Source of the DNA: an uncultured delta proteobacterium
Lineage (GTDB): Bacteria > Desulfobacterota > Binatia > Binatales > Binataceae
DNA: 64,000 nucleotides
Assembly: GCA_963756005.1 (NCBI GenBank)
Contig: CAVWMC010000006.1
Location: forward strand, 35,567-99,566
Reading direction: 5' to 3'
Of this stretch, positions 51,085 through 60,868 are shown in pieces (positions within the stretch are counted from its first letter, which is position 1; every line of letters starts with the position of its first letter). A model generated the notes under the pieces. The model did no database searches. It was not told where the DNA came from and saw only the letters and a program-made list of their open reading frames with translations. The position numbers were made by a program, and so were the translations under genes.

Positions 51085-51879
51085 ATGAGCTCAGCGGAAG
51101 TGCGATTCAAGGATTTGCGGGCGGATTTCGGCAAGACGGCGAGCGATTACGGGCGGCATCGCGCGGGTTTCCCTGACGAATTCTTCGAGCGCCTCGCGTC
51201 GTTGGGAATTCTGCGTAGCGGAATGCGCGCGCTCGACCTCGGCACCGGCACCGGGACGATTGCGCGCGGATTGGCGCTGCGCGGATGTGAGGTCACGGGG
51301 CTCGACCGTTCGGCGCCGCTGATGGAGCAGGCGGCGGAACTCGATCGAGTCGCGGGCGTCGTCGTCACGTACGTCAATGCGCCGGCGGAAGAGACGGGAC
51401 TGCCGGCAGCGCAATTCGATCTGGTGACGGCGGGTCAATGCTGGCATTGGTTCGATCGTCCGCGCGCGGCCACTGAGGCGCGGAGAGTTTTGAAGCCCGG
51501 CGGCACGCTCGTCATCGGACACTTCGACTGGATTCCGTTGCCCGGCAACATGATCGAGGCGACGGAGAAGCTGATCGAAAAACACAATCCGAAATGGAAG
51601 TTTGGCGGCGGACTCGGAATCCATCCGCAATGGCCGCGCGACATGGCGATCGCGGGCTTCAAAAATATCGAGACGTTCTCCTTCGACCTCGACGCGATCT
51701 ACACCCACGAGGCCTGGCGCGGACGGATTCGCGCGAGTGCGGGAGTGGGCGCGAGCCTTGCGCCGGAAGCGGTTGCGGCCTTCGACGACGAGTTGCGCGC
51801 GATGCTGGCGCAGCGCTGGCCCGACGATCCGATGCCCGTGATGCATCGCGTGTTCGCGGCGATCGGCGTCGCACCGTAG
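51085..51879 (+). CDS. Class I SAM-dependent methyltransferase
   Basis: Motif I LDLGTGTGTIARGLA and motif II/post-I (VTGLDRSAPLM; FDLVTAGQCWHWF). Confidence 0.85.
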   Translation: MSSAEVRFKDLRADFGKTASDYGRHRAGFPDEFFERLASLGILRSGMRALDLGTGTGTIARGLALRGCEVTGLDRSAPLMEQAAELDRVAGVVVTYVNAPAEETGLPAAQFDLVTAGQCWHWFDRPRAATEARRVLKPGGTLVIGHFDWIPLPGNMIEATEKLIEKHNPKWKFGGGLGIHPQWPRDMAIAGFKNIETFSFDLDAIYTHEAWRGRIRASAGVGASLAPEAVAAFDDELRAMLAQRWPDDPMPVMHRVFAAIGVAP

Positions 51880-51939
51880 CTCGCTTTGACCAAATGCGGT
51901 GAAGTTCGGCTATAGTCGCGGCTCAGAGAGGGAGTGACT

Positions 51940-53010
51940 ATGGATTTTGGAACGCTGATATTCACCAAGCCCGAGCGCGCGATCACGGACGTCAAGTACG
52001 CCGAGGAGCGCGGCTTCACGCACGCGTGGATTCCCGACTCGCACATGATTTGGGGCGACACTTACGCCTGCATGGCGCTGGCGGCGGTCAATACGAAAAA
52101 GATCAAGCTCGGCACCGGCGTGGCGATCGCGTCGAACCGGATCGCGCCGGTGACGGTGCATTCGATCGCGACTATCAACCAGCTCGCGCCGGGGCGAGTG
52201 ATTTTAGGATTCGGCACGGGGCATACCGGGCGGCGCGTGATGGGATTGCCGCCGGTCAAGCAGGCGGAATTTCGCGAGCAGGTGCGCGTGATTCGCGAAC
52301 TGCTGCGCGACGGCGAGGCGACTTACAACACCGAGGGGCTGAGCCGGAAAATCAGGTACCTGCATCGCGATCGGCGCTTTATCAACCTCGACGACAAGAT
52401 TCCGCTGTACGTGGCGGCCAACGGGCCCAAGACTTTGGCGCTGGCGGGCGAGTTTGGCGACGGCGCGATCACGACGGGAATCACCGACGCGGATCGAGTC
52501 GGCGCCGTGCGAAAAAGCCTCGAAGCCGGCGCGTCGAAGGTTGGGCGCAGTGCTGACAAGATGCCGATCGTATCGCTCACGCATATTTGCGTGCTGCGGC
52601 CGGGCGAGAAAACCGATTCGCCGCGCGTGAAGGCGATGACCGGGCACTGGGTGATGGCGAGCTTCCACGCGATCGCCGCCGGATACGCGCGCGCCGGCTA
52701 TCTGCCGGAAGCGGTCGCGGAAGTTTACAAGGCGTACGAAGAGTACGTCGCGAAGATGAAGACGCCGCCCGCCGAGCGCTACCTCGAACTGCACATCGGG
52801 CACTGCACGTACGTCGCGCCGCTCGAGCAGAAGTACGTGACGGCCGACACGATCGCGGCGACGACGATAATCGGCTCTAAGGAGGAGGTCGTCGAGCGGC
52901 TGCGCTCGATGGAACGCGCGGGCCTGTCGCAAGTCTTCATCAACCCGCCGATGGACGGCTACAACGATTGCCTCGACGAAATCTCGCGCGACGTGATCGC
53001 GCGGATGTGA
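51940..53010 (+). CDS. LLM-class F420/flavin-dependent oxidoreductase
   Basis: MDFGTLIFT..., AWIPDSH, ILGFGTGH and a C-terminal barrel. This is the third LLM-family gene in the window. Confidence 0.8.
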   Translation: MDFGTLIFTKPERAITDVKYAEERGFTHAWIPDSHMIWGDTYACMALAAVNTKKIKLGTGVAIASNRIAPVTVHSIATINQLAPGRVILGFGTGHTGRRVMGLPPVKQAEFREQVRVIRELLRDGEATYNTEGLSRKIRYLHRDRRFINLDDKIPLYVAANGPKTLALAGEFGDGAITTGITDADRVGAVRKSLEAGASKVGRSADKMPIVSLTHICVLRPGEKTDSPRVKAMTGHWVMASFHAIAAGYARAGYLPEAVAEVYKAYEEYVAKMKTPPAERYLELHIGHCTYVAPLEQKYVTADTIAATTIIGSKEEVVERLRSMERAGLSQVFINPPMDGYNDCLDEISRDVIARM

Positions 53011-53014
53011 TGGG

Positions 53015-54535
53015 CTAAGTCGTCCCGACTTCGGCCAACTCGATCGAATCCAGGGCGATCGCCGGCACGTAGTAGGCCTCGGGCGATCCCCACACCGTCG
53101 CGGGTCGCGGACGCGCGCCGACTGCGAGCGGATGCTCGAATACCTGCGCGATATTCGCGTTGAGGCGCAAACAGTTGGGCGCGAGCGGCTCGGCAATCTT
53201 GCCGTCGCGAATAATGTGCGAGTCGCCAGTGACGGTGCAGGTGAAATCTCCCGCGCGCTGGCCGTTGATCGGATAGGTGTACCAGATGCGGCCGACGTAG
53301 ATTCCGTCGCCGACGGCGCGCACCAGTTCGCGCTCGGCGACGCCGCCGCGCGCGCGCATCACGACGTTGGTGCCCGCCGATCCGGGACTCGCGTCGAAGC
53401 GGCGGCCGCCGCCTTCGCCAAGGCGGTAACCGCTCAGCGGAGGGAGGTCGAGCTTGACGGGGGAGCTGGGGCCAAACTTTTCGGCGCGATGCTCGTCGGT
53501 GAGCATGCGGTGGGTGTCGTAGAAATTCGAGAGCAGGCCGACGAGCTTGCCGTCGCGAATCAACTCGACACGGCTGGCGGAGATTCCCTCGCAGGTGATT
53601 CGCCGGCGAATCGCACCCGCCTCAAATGCCGGATCGTCATCGAGATTCAAGCGGGAGTCCATTACGGGCGCGCCGAATTTGGCGTGATACGCGGAACTGG
53701 CGGCGTGAAACGCGCCGGTCGTGAGCGACCCCATCACCATGTAGTTGAGAATCTCGGCGACCGGCTGCGGTCCCAGCACGACGCGATATTTTCCGGCCGC
53801 GGGCCGTGCGCCGTGAGAGAGCGCGAGCGCGCGGCGAACCGCGTCGCGCCCGAGAATGCGCGCGTCGCGGCGCATCGCGGCCATGGAATCGCCGATCGCG
53901 CCGGCAGTGCCCTTGGCCTCAAGCGATTCGATTATCGAGGTGACGGACGCGTTGAAGTGCGCACTCTCGTCGGTGCGGACCTCGGTGAAATTCGAGTTGA
54001 AGATCGCGATTCGATCGCGAATCACCGACACGTCGCCGCCGATGATCAGGCCGGGGTGTTCTGTTCGGGGATCCGCAGCGCGCTGCGCGAATGCCGCGAG
54101 CGCGCCGTCGATCACGTCCCACGCGGCGGCGGCGATCGCACCGTCACCCACTCTCGCCAGATCGCTTTTCTCAGGCGCGAGCTTGCGGCCGACCGCGACA
54201 CTCGGGAAGCCGGAGAAATGCGGATCGACGACGGCGGAACTGCGGGCGCGGCGGATCGCGTCGCGAACCGCGTCGGCGGTGAAATCTCCCGCCTCGGATG
54301 CGGCGCCGACTTCGTGCGGATCGCGGCGCATCGCGAGGCGCAGCTGAAAGCCGTCGGCATGAATCGACTTGAACTCCTCCAGGCCGCGGCTCGGGATGTC
54401 GGAGGTGTAGTTCAGGCGCGCGATCCGATGCTCGGCCGTCGCACAATAGATCTCATAGCTCGCGAGGTCCTTGTCGCGCGCGAGAATCCGCGCCGCTTCG
54501 CGGGTGAACGACTTGAGTTCCGCGATCGATCGCAT
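53015..54535 (-). CDS. pmbA: TldE/PmbA-family metallopeptidase partner subunit
   Basis: 506 aa with a TldD/PmbA fold and no HExxxH motif. Its start codon overlaps the tldD stop (TGATG), giving an operon pair with the upstream tldD. Confidence 0.75.
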   Translation of the reverse strand: MRSIAELKSFTREAARILARDKDLASYEIYCATAEHRIARLNYTSDIPSRGLEEFKSIHADGFQLRLAMRRDPHEVGAASEAGDFTADAVRDAIRRARSSAVVDPHFSGFPSVAVGRKLAPEKSDLARVGDGAIAAAAWDVIDGALAAFAQRAADPRTEHPGLIIGGDVSVIRDRIAIFNSNFTEVRTDESAHFNASVTSIIESLEAKGTAGAIGDSMAAMRRDARILGRDAVRRALALSHGARPAAGKYRVVLGPQPVAEILNYMVMGSLTTGAFHAASSAYHAKFGAPVMDSRLNLDDDPAFEAGAIRRRITCEGISASRVELIRDGKLVGLLSNFYDTHRMLTDEHRAEKFGPSSPVKLDLPPLSGYRLGEGGGRRFDASPGSAGTNVVMRARGGVAERELVRAVGDGIYVGRIWYTYPINGQRAGDFTCTVTGDSHIIRDGKIAEPLAPNCLRLNANIAQVFEHPLAVGARPRPATVWGSPEAYYVPAIALDSIELAEVGTT

Positions 54536-56116
54536 CAGATGCCCGCCAACCGCGCGCGCGAGCGCAACGTCGGCCCGCCGTTCGACATCCGCTTGACCTG
54601 CATCGGCTGGCCCTTGCCGCAGTTGGGGATCGCGATCAGCTGTAAATCGTTGCCGACCGCGTCCACGTTCGTAAAGAAGCTCTTCGAGTCTGCGATCACG
54701 CTGCCGGAGCGATAGAGGCGGCCGATTCGTCCGTGCTCGATTTCGTAAACGCGGCGCGCGGAGATGCGGAAATTCTCGCGCGACTCGGAGATCGACGGAA
54801 TCTGATGGCCGCAGACGTAGTAGCCATCCTCGACGTCGGCGATGATCTTTTCGGGCGGCGTCTCACCGGGCAGAAAGAAGGTGTTGGACATTCTGATCAG
54901 CGGCACGTGCCATCCTTCGCTCGCGCGCGCTGCGCCGTTGGGCTCCACGCCAAGAATCGCGGCGGTCGCGCGCGAATTGAGAAACCCGCTGAAGATGCCG
55001 CGATCGACGTGCATTACGCGGCGTCCGCGCGTGCCCTCGTGGTCGTAGCGGTACTGGCCGTAGCCGTCGAGGCTCGGATCGGAGCAGGCGGACAGCAGCG
55101 GCGACGCGACCTGCTTGCCCAACTGGTTTTCCTTGAGCGAGCGCAGGAACCAACTGCGGCCGGCGTACGCGGCTTCCATCTTGAGCGCGCGATCGGCTTC
55201 GCACGGATGGCCGATCACTTCGTGCGAGACGAGCGCGTTGAAATGCGGATCAGTCACGACCACGACTTCGCCCTCGGGCGGCTTGAGCACTGGCGCTTCC
55301 GCGAGCTCGCACGCCTCGGTGGCAAGGTTGACGCAAAATTTCGCCAATGAAGGATTCGGCATCAGCTCGCCGCGCCATCCGTCGCTTAAGCACTCGAGTC
55401 CGCGCTGCTGGCCGATCGAGTCGTAGCTTTCCTGGTGGCCGTCGCCGATCTGCGCGACGACGTAGCAGTCGCCCTGCGAGAATGCGTACGCCTGCGAGAC
55501 CATCGTACCGTCGGTGTCGATGAAAATTTCGCGGCGCAACTCAGTCATCGCGGCGATACCCTGGTAGGCGATCGCATCGCCGAGCGCGGCGACTTCGTGC
55601 GACGCGTCGAGCGAGATTTTCTTGAGCTCGTCGGTCGAAAGCGAGCGGGGATCGCGTCGAAAGTTGGCTTCGACGTCGTCGCGGACTTTTTCGCGCGCCG
55701 GAATCGGCGTGACCAGCAGGCCCTTCGCCGCGACGCCAAGGTGCGCGATGAGTTCCGCCTTCTTACGTGCGCTGAAGCGCGCGCGATCGTAAGCCTCGTC
55801 GAGCCCGCGCCGCAGTTCCGACGACAAGTTTCACCGGACGTCCCGCGAGCGCGCCAATTTCCGCGCCGGTTTGACCGTGACCGACAGGGCCCGCCCGATC
55901 GGCAACATGAACGGAGACCGCGTACGCGGCGTTCTCGCTCTCAGAGCCGTCGCGCGGCTCACCATTCACTGCCGCGCCGGAACGGTTGAAGACCACCTCG
56001 AAGCGCAGATCGGCGTACACGACGCCGCGCTTCGATCGCGCGAAGCGTGCGAGGATGCCTTCACCCTCACGCCGTAGGTACTCGATCGCCTCGAACAGGT
56101 CGCCGCGTCCGCTCAA
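54535..56116 (-). CDS. tldD: TldD-family metallopeptidase, with an apparent +1 frameshift near 55825 (split across two track ORFs)
   Basis: The C-terminal ORF carries HEVIGHPCE (HExxxH). The upstream frame (55763-56269) encodes the TldD N-terminus (GDLFEAIEYLRREGEGILARFARSKRGVVYADLRFEVV...ENAAYAVSVHVAD). The junction ...GRPVKL|SSELRRGLDEAYD needs 1 nt removed. The N-terminal start (TTG at about 56116) is uncertain. Confidence 0.7.
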
Positions 56117-56127
56117 GTGAGCCGCAT

Positions 56128-57324
56128 CTAGATGATGCCTTCGCGCTTGAGATCTTCGAGCTGGCCACTGCCGAGTCCGAGCAGCTCGCCATAAACGTCG
56201 GCGTTGTGCTGGCCAAGCAGCGGCGCGGATTTTACTTCGACCGGCGAATCCTCGAGGCGCACCGGACATCCCGGCATCGTAAAATCGCCGCGCTGAGGAT
56301 GCTTGATCGTGACGATCATGCCGCGCTCCTTGAGATGAGGATCGTTAAGCAACTCGACGCTGTCGAGCACGGCGCCGCACGGCACGCCGGCTTCGCCGAG
56401 GATGCGCATCACCTCATACTTGGTGTGCCGCCCGGTCCATTCGTTGATCATCGCGGTCAGCGCCTCAACATTCTTTGCGCGTTCCCGTCCAATGAAACGT
56501 TCGTCGCTCAGGATCTCGGGATGACCGATCACCTGGCACAGGCTCACGAACATTTCGGGCGACGTGCACAGGATGTAGCAATAATCGTTATCGCCGCCGG
56601 GCGCGCATTTGTAGATGTCGCCCGGACCACCGCCGCCGACGCGATTGCCGCTGCGCGGCGTCGGCTTGTGCGTGATATAGGTGCCCATCATCGGCACGCG
56701 CACGAAGTTCAGCACCGCTTCCTGCATCGCGACTTCGACCTTCTGTCCCTTGCCCGTGCGCTCGCGCTGGATGTACGCGGCGAGCACGCCGACCGCCGCA
56801 TGCATGCCGGTGCCGGTGTCGCCGATAGTTGGTCCGGGCTTGAGCGGCGGCGAACCAGGGAAACCAGTAAGCGCCATCGCACCGCCCGACGCCTGCGCAA
56901 TCATGTCGAAGCTTTTGTATTTGCTGTACGGGCCGTGCGTGCCGAAGCCCTTGATGGTCAGGTAGATGAGCCGCGGGTTTATCTCGCGCAGCTTGTCGTA
57001 GCCGAGGCCGAGGCCTTCGAGCGTGCCGAGCGAGAAATTTTCCGTGAGCATATCGACTTGCTTGACCAGGTCGATGAACATCGCGCGGCCCTTCTCGCTC
57101 TTGAGGTTGAGCGTGATGCCGCGTTTGTTGGCGTTGAGCAGAATGAAGTAGTAGGAATCGACGCCCGGCTTTTCGGTGAGCAGCCAGCGGCCCTGCTCGC
57201 CCATCTTCGGCGACTCGACTTTGATGACGTCGGCGCCGAGCCACGCGAGCATCTCGGTGCACGAGGTGCCGGCCTCGAACTGCGTCATGTCGAGAACTTT
57301 GACTCCGCTCAGCGCCTTTTCCAT
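56128..57324 (-). CDS. CoA-transferase family III protein (CaiB/BaiF / formyl-CoA transferase-like)
   Basis: 398 aa: GVKVLDMTQFEAGTSCTEMLAWLGADVIKVE at the N-terminus and the interlocked-dimer CoA_transf_3 pattern throughout. Confidence 0.9.
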   Translation of the reverse strand: MEKALSGVKVLDMTQFEAGTSCTEMLAWLGADVIKVESPKMGEQGRWLLTEKPGVDSYYFILLNANKRGITLNLKSEKGRAMFIDLVKQVDMLTENFSLGTLEGLGLGYDKLREINPRLIYLTIKGFGTHGPYSKYKSFDMIAQASGGAMALTGFPGSPPLKPGPTIGDTGTGMHAAVGVLAAYIQRERTGKGQKVEVAMQEAVLNFVRVPMMGTYITHKPTPRSGNRVGGGGPGDIYKCAPGGDNDYCYILCTSPEMFVSLCQVIGHPEILSDERFIGRERAKNVEALTAMINEWTGRHTKYEVMRILGEAGVPCGAVLDSVELLNDPHLKERGMIVTIKHPQRGDFTMPGCPVRLEDSPVEVKSAPLLGQHNADVYGELLGLGSGQLEDLKREGII

Positions 57325-57434
57325 TGCGATCCTCCTGCCGCTTGCAACTACCTGATCTAGCGCCAGCGGCGGAGCGGCGGCAAGCCTCGAAGCGCGGATG
57401 GGGTTAAGTCTTTGGCCGCGGTCTGGTAGAGATC

Positions 57435-58583
57435 ATGATTAACAGGCGAATGGCAGACACCGCACTATCGAAGCTCGCGCGAATCCGCGAGGAACTGAAC
57501 CGGATGTTCCTCGAACGCATCGATTTGATCGACGGCGCGATCGTGGCGATGCTGTCGGCGAATCACGTGCTGATCATCGGGCCGCCGGGTACGGCGAAAT
57601 CGATGCTGGCCGACGAATTGTGCCGGCGGATCGAAGGCGCGAATTACTTCCAGTGGCTGCTGACCAAGTTCAGCACGCCGGAGGAAATTTTCGGCGCGGT
57701 CAGCCTCAAGGGACTCGAGGAAGACGACTACCGGCGCGTCACGACGCACAAACTGCCCGAGGCGCACATCGCGTTCCTCGACGAAATCTTCAAAGCCAAC
57801 TCATCGATCCTCAACGCGCTGTTGACGATCATCAACGAGCGCATCTTCCACAACGGACGCGAGCGCGTTCCCGTGCCGCTGATCACGATGTTCGGCGCGT
57901 CGAACGAATTGCCCGATGAAGATGAGCTGACCGCTCTTTACGATCGCTTCATGCTGCGCTTCATGGCCGACTACATCACCGAAGAGCACGGCTTTATCCG
58001 CATGATGGCGGGCGCCCCGGAGCGCGCGCACACCACGCTGCAATTCGCGGAGCTCGACGAATTGCGCGCGGCGGTCGCGGCGGTCACGGTGCCAGGCGCG
58101 ATCCTCGAGGCGATCGCGCAAATCCGGCGCGAGCTCGCACGCGAGCAGATCGTCGTGTCGGATCGGCGCTGGAAAAACTCACTCGGCGTTTTACGCGCGC
58201 ACGCGATTCTGGTGGGACGTAACGCGGTGACCGAAGACGATCTGATGTTCCTCGCGCACGTGCTGTGGAAGGATCCCGAGGAGCGCCCGAAGGTGGTCGA
58301 AGCGCTGCGGCGAATCGTGCGCGGATACGAGGACAAGCTGCAGGAACTGGTGTTCGAGAGCCGCGAGCTGCGCGAATACGCCGAGGGCGCGTGGGAGAGC
58401 GAGGAGCTGCGCCGGCGCGCGCTGACCGAGGCGAATGCCAAGCTCGCGAATATCGCGGCGCGCTTTGACCTGCTGCTCAAGCAAGCGACGGACGCGGGCC
58501 GCGCGATCGCAAATGCGGAACGGATGCGCGTCGAGGTCAAGGACATTCAGCAAGCCGTGTTCCGCAGAAGCGTCGGCGATTAG
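57435..58583 (+). CDS. MoxR-family AAA+ ATPase, RavA-like
   Basis: Walker A IIGPPGTAKS, Walker B AFLDEIFKANSSILNALLTIINER and FSTPEEIFG closely parallel the E. coli RavA N-terminal module. No VWA (ViaA-like) partner is adjacent. Confidence 0.8.
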   Translation: MINRRMADTALSKLARIREELNRMFLERIDLIDGAIVAMLSANHVLIIGPPGTAKSMLADELCRRIEGANYFQWLLTKFSTPEEIFGAVSLKGLEEDDYRRVTTHKLPEAHIAFLDEIFKANSSILNALLTIINERIFHNGRERVPVPLITMFGASNELPDEDELTALYDRFMLRFMADYITEEHGFIRMMAGAPERAHTTLQFAELDELRAAVAAVTVPGAILEAIAQIRRELAREQIVVSDRRWKNSLGVLRAHAILVGRNAVTEDDLMFLAHVLWKDPEERPKVVEALRRIVRGYEDKLQELVFESRELREYAEGAWESEELRRRALTEANAKLANIAARFDLLLKQATDAGRAIANAERMRVEVKDIQQAVFRRSVGD

Positions 58584-58589
58584 CAATTC

Positions 58590-59363
58590 ATGCCGGCTGA
58601 AGAAACCACGCCAGCGATCGTGCTACGCGCGCGCGACTACGCCGAGTCCGATCGAATCGTCACGCTGCTGACGTTGCACGCGGGCAAGCTCAGCGGAATC
58701 GCGAAGGGCGCAAAGGCGTCGCGCCATCGCTTCGAGCGCAAGCTCGAACCATTTTCGCACGTCGTCCTGCACTATCGACGCCGGCCCCACGGGCAGTTGG
58801 TGTTTATCACGCGCGCCGAAGCGGCCGACCTGACGCAGCACGTACTCGACGACGACCTCGCTAAAATCGCACTCGGCAGCTACATGCTGGAGCTCACCGA
58901 CGCGCTGACGACCGAAGAGAGCGAAGCGGCCGAGGCGTATCGGGTGCTGTCGGAAGGACTCGGCGCGCTCAGCACGCGATTTGCCGATGCGGCGCTACGG
59001 CAGGCTTTCGAGATGCGGCTGCTGGGATGGGCGGGCTTCGGGCTCGAATTCACGCGCTGCCGCATGTGCTCGACGGTCAACGGCGACAATGGCGCGACGG
59101 TTTATTTCGTCGTGTCGCGCGGCGGAATCGTGTGCGCGAAATGCCGGCCGTCGGTGGCGGAAGGCGCGATCAAGCTGTCGAGCAAGGGCGCCGCGATCCT
59201 CGCGCGACTGGGCGTGCTGCCGATGCACGACTCGCCGGGCTCGGAGGCGGCCGGCCCCGACGGCGCACTCGCGCTGGCGCGGTTCATCGGATCGATCATC
59301 GATCGGCGCCTGCGCAGCCAGGAATTTCTCGATTCAATTTTACCGGGCGCAGGCAAAGCCTGA
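58590..59363 (+). CDS. recO: DNA repair protein RecO
   Basis: 257 aa with N-terminal OB fold (AIVLRARDYAESDRIVTLLT) and the C-terminal zinc-binding C-x2-C...C-x2-C (CRMCSTV...CAKCRP). It lies 7 nt after the ATPase stop. Confidence 0.88.
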   Translation: MPAEETTPAIVLRARDYAESDRIVTLLTLHAGKLSGIAKGAKASRHRFERKLEPFSHVVLHYRRRPHGQLVFITRAEAADLTQHVLDDDLAKIALGSYMLELTDALTTEESEAAEAYRVLSEGLGALSTRFADAALRQAFEMRLLGWAGFGLEFTRCRMCSTVNGDNGATVYFVVSRGGIVCAKCRPSVAEGAIKLSSKGAAILARLGVLPMHDSPGSEAAGPDGALALARFIGSIIDRRLRSQEFLDSILPGAGKA

Positions 59364-59366
59364 ATC

Positions 59367-59969
59367 TCATCCGCCGGCTTCGCGCACCGGCGGCTCTCCG
59401 AACACCACTTCGGGCGCGCGGTAGCGGCCGCTCCGATGTTCGATCAGCACGATGCCGCAATTTGGCGGCACGTGAGCATTCTCCCATTTGCCGGTGACGT
59501 GCGCCCACACCGCCCGCATCACGCCGCCGTGGCTGACGACCACAATCTCGTCGTCGGGATATTTTTTCGCGACTCGGTCGAGCACCGGCGCGACGCGCTT
59601 GAGCACATCCTCATGACTCTCGCCGTTGGGCGCGCGCCAAACCCATGAGCGCTTCGGATCGAAAGTGGGATCGTTGGCGATCGACTCGTACGGCTGTCCC
59701 GCGAGGTCGCCGAGACTCTGCTCGCGGAACTCCGCCTCGTATTCGATCGGGATGCCGAGTTCGGTTGCGATAATAAGGCCGGTCTCACGGGCACGCGCGT
59801 AGGTGCTCGCGATCACCAGCGTCGGCTGGTACTTCAGCTTGATTCTGACAGCGGCTTCCAGAGCCTGCCGCCGGCCGAGGTCAGTGATCTTCGCTTCGCC
59901 CGAGGTGGTGAAGCGCCGAATCGCGTTGCCCTCGCTCTCGCCGTGACGAACCATTATCAGTTTGCCCAT
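59367..59969 (-). CDS. Histidine phosphatase family protein (phosphoglycerate mutase-like)
   Basis: RHGESEGN catalytic motif with a second His in VVVSHGGVMRA. Confidence 0.85.
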   Translation of the reverse strand: MGKLIMVRHGESEGNAIRRFTTSGEAKITDLGRRQALEAAVRIKLKYQPTLVIASTYARARETGLIIATELGIPIEYEAEFREQSLGDLAGQPYESIANDPTFDPKRSWVWRAPNGESHEDVLKRVAPVLDRVAKKYPDDEIVVVSHGGVMRAVWAHVTGKWENAHVPPNCGIVLIEHRSGRYRAPEVVFGEPPVREAGG

Positions 59970-60025
59970 AGGGTCGAAATTTTCTCCGAAAATTCAGTTT
60001 GGTGCGAACGAATCGATGCGGCGCT

Positions 60026-60805
60026 TCAGGTCTTGGGCTTGTCGTCGCCGATGCCGGCGGCTTTTGCGAACGCGCGGAACGGCTCGAACAGATCGATCGG
60101 CATCGGAAAAACGGTGGTCGAATTGTTGTCGGTTGCGATCTCCTTGAGCGTCTGCAGGTAGCGGAGCTGAAGCGTGATCGGACTCTTGCTCATGATCTCG
60201 GCCGCATCGGCGAGCCGTTGCGACGCCTGGAATTCGCCCTCGGCCGCGATCACCTTGGCGCGCCGCTCGCGCTCGGCCTCGGCCTGCGCCGCGATCGCGC
60301 GCTGCATGTCCTGCGGCAGATCGATATTTTTCAACTCGACCAGGGTAACCTTCACGCCCCACGGCTCGGTTTGCGAATCGACGATTTCCTGGATGCGCGC
60401 GTTGAGCTTGTCGCGCTGGCTGAGCAGCTCGTCGAGCTCGGTCTGCCCGCCGACCGAGCGCAAGGTGGTCTGAGCCAGTTGCATCGTCGCGAACAAATAA
60501 TTCGCGACCTCGGTCACCGCGCGCGACGGATCGACGACGCGAAAATACAGCACGGCGCTGACCTTGACCGTCACGTTGTCCTTGGTGATGACGTCTTGCG
60601 GCGGAATGTCGAGCGTCACGGTGCGCAGATCGATTCGCGCCATCCGCTCGAGCACGGGAATCACGAAGATCACGCCCGGCCCGCGATAGGGCGTGAGGCG
60701 GCCGAGTCGAAAGACCACGCCGCGCTCGTACTCGTTGAGGACTTTGAGTCCGCTCAAAACGAAAATTACGCCGATGAAGACGACTATGCCGACTCCGCTC
60801 GCCAT
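60026..60805 (-). CDS. SPFH/band-7 (stomatin-like, QmcA/YbbK-type) protein
   Basis: N-terminal TM followed by the SPFH core ([15 protein letters not shown]...[34 protein letters not shown]) and a C-terminal coiled-coil. Confidence 0.85.
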   Translation of the reverse strand: MASGVGIVVFIGVIFVLSGLKVLNEYERGVVFRLGRLTPYRGPGVIFVIPVLERMARIDLRTVTLDIPPQDVITKDNVTVKVSAVLYFRVVDPSRAVTEVANYLFATMQLAQTTLRSVGGQTELDELLSQRDKLNARIQEIVDSQTEPWGVKVTLVELKNIDLPQDMQRAIAAQAEAERERRAKVIAAEGEFQASQRLADAAEIMSKSPITLQLRYLQTLKEIATDNNSTTVFPMPIDLFEPFRAFAKAAGIGDDKPKT

Positions 60806-60868
60806 CGCGATTCTCCTTCGCCCCCAATGCGCGCGAGGCTTGCCGATAGCCTGCGCTACCTGCGGGTT

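Noticed and set aside
56047-57360. 437-aa plus-strand ORF antisense to the CoA transferase.
   Set aside because: The antisense frame is open through a high-GC gene. The CoA transferase assignment is strong.
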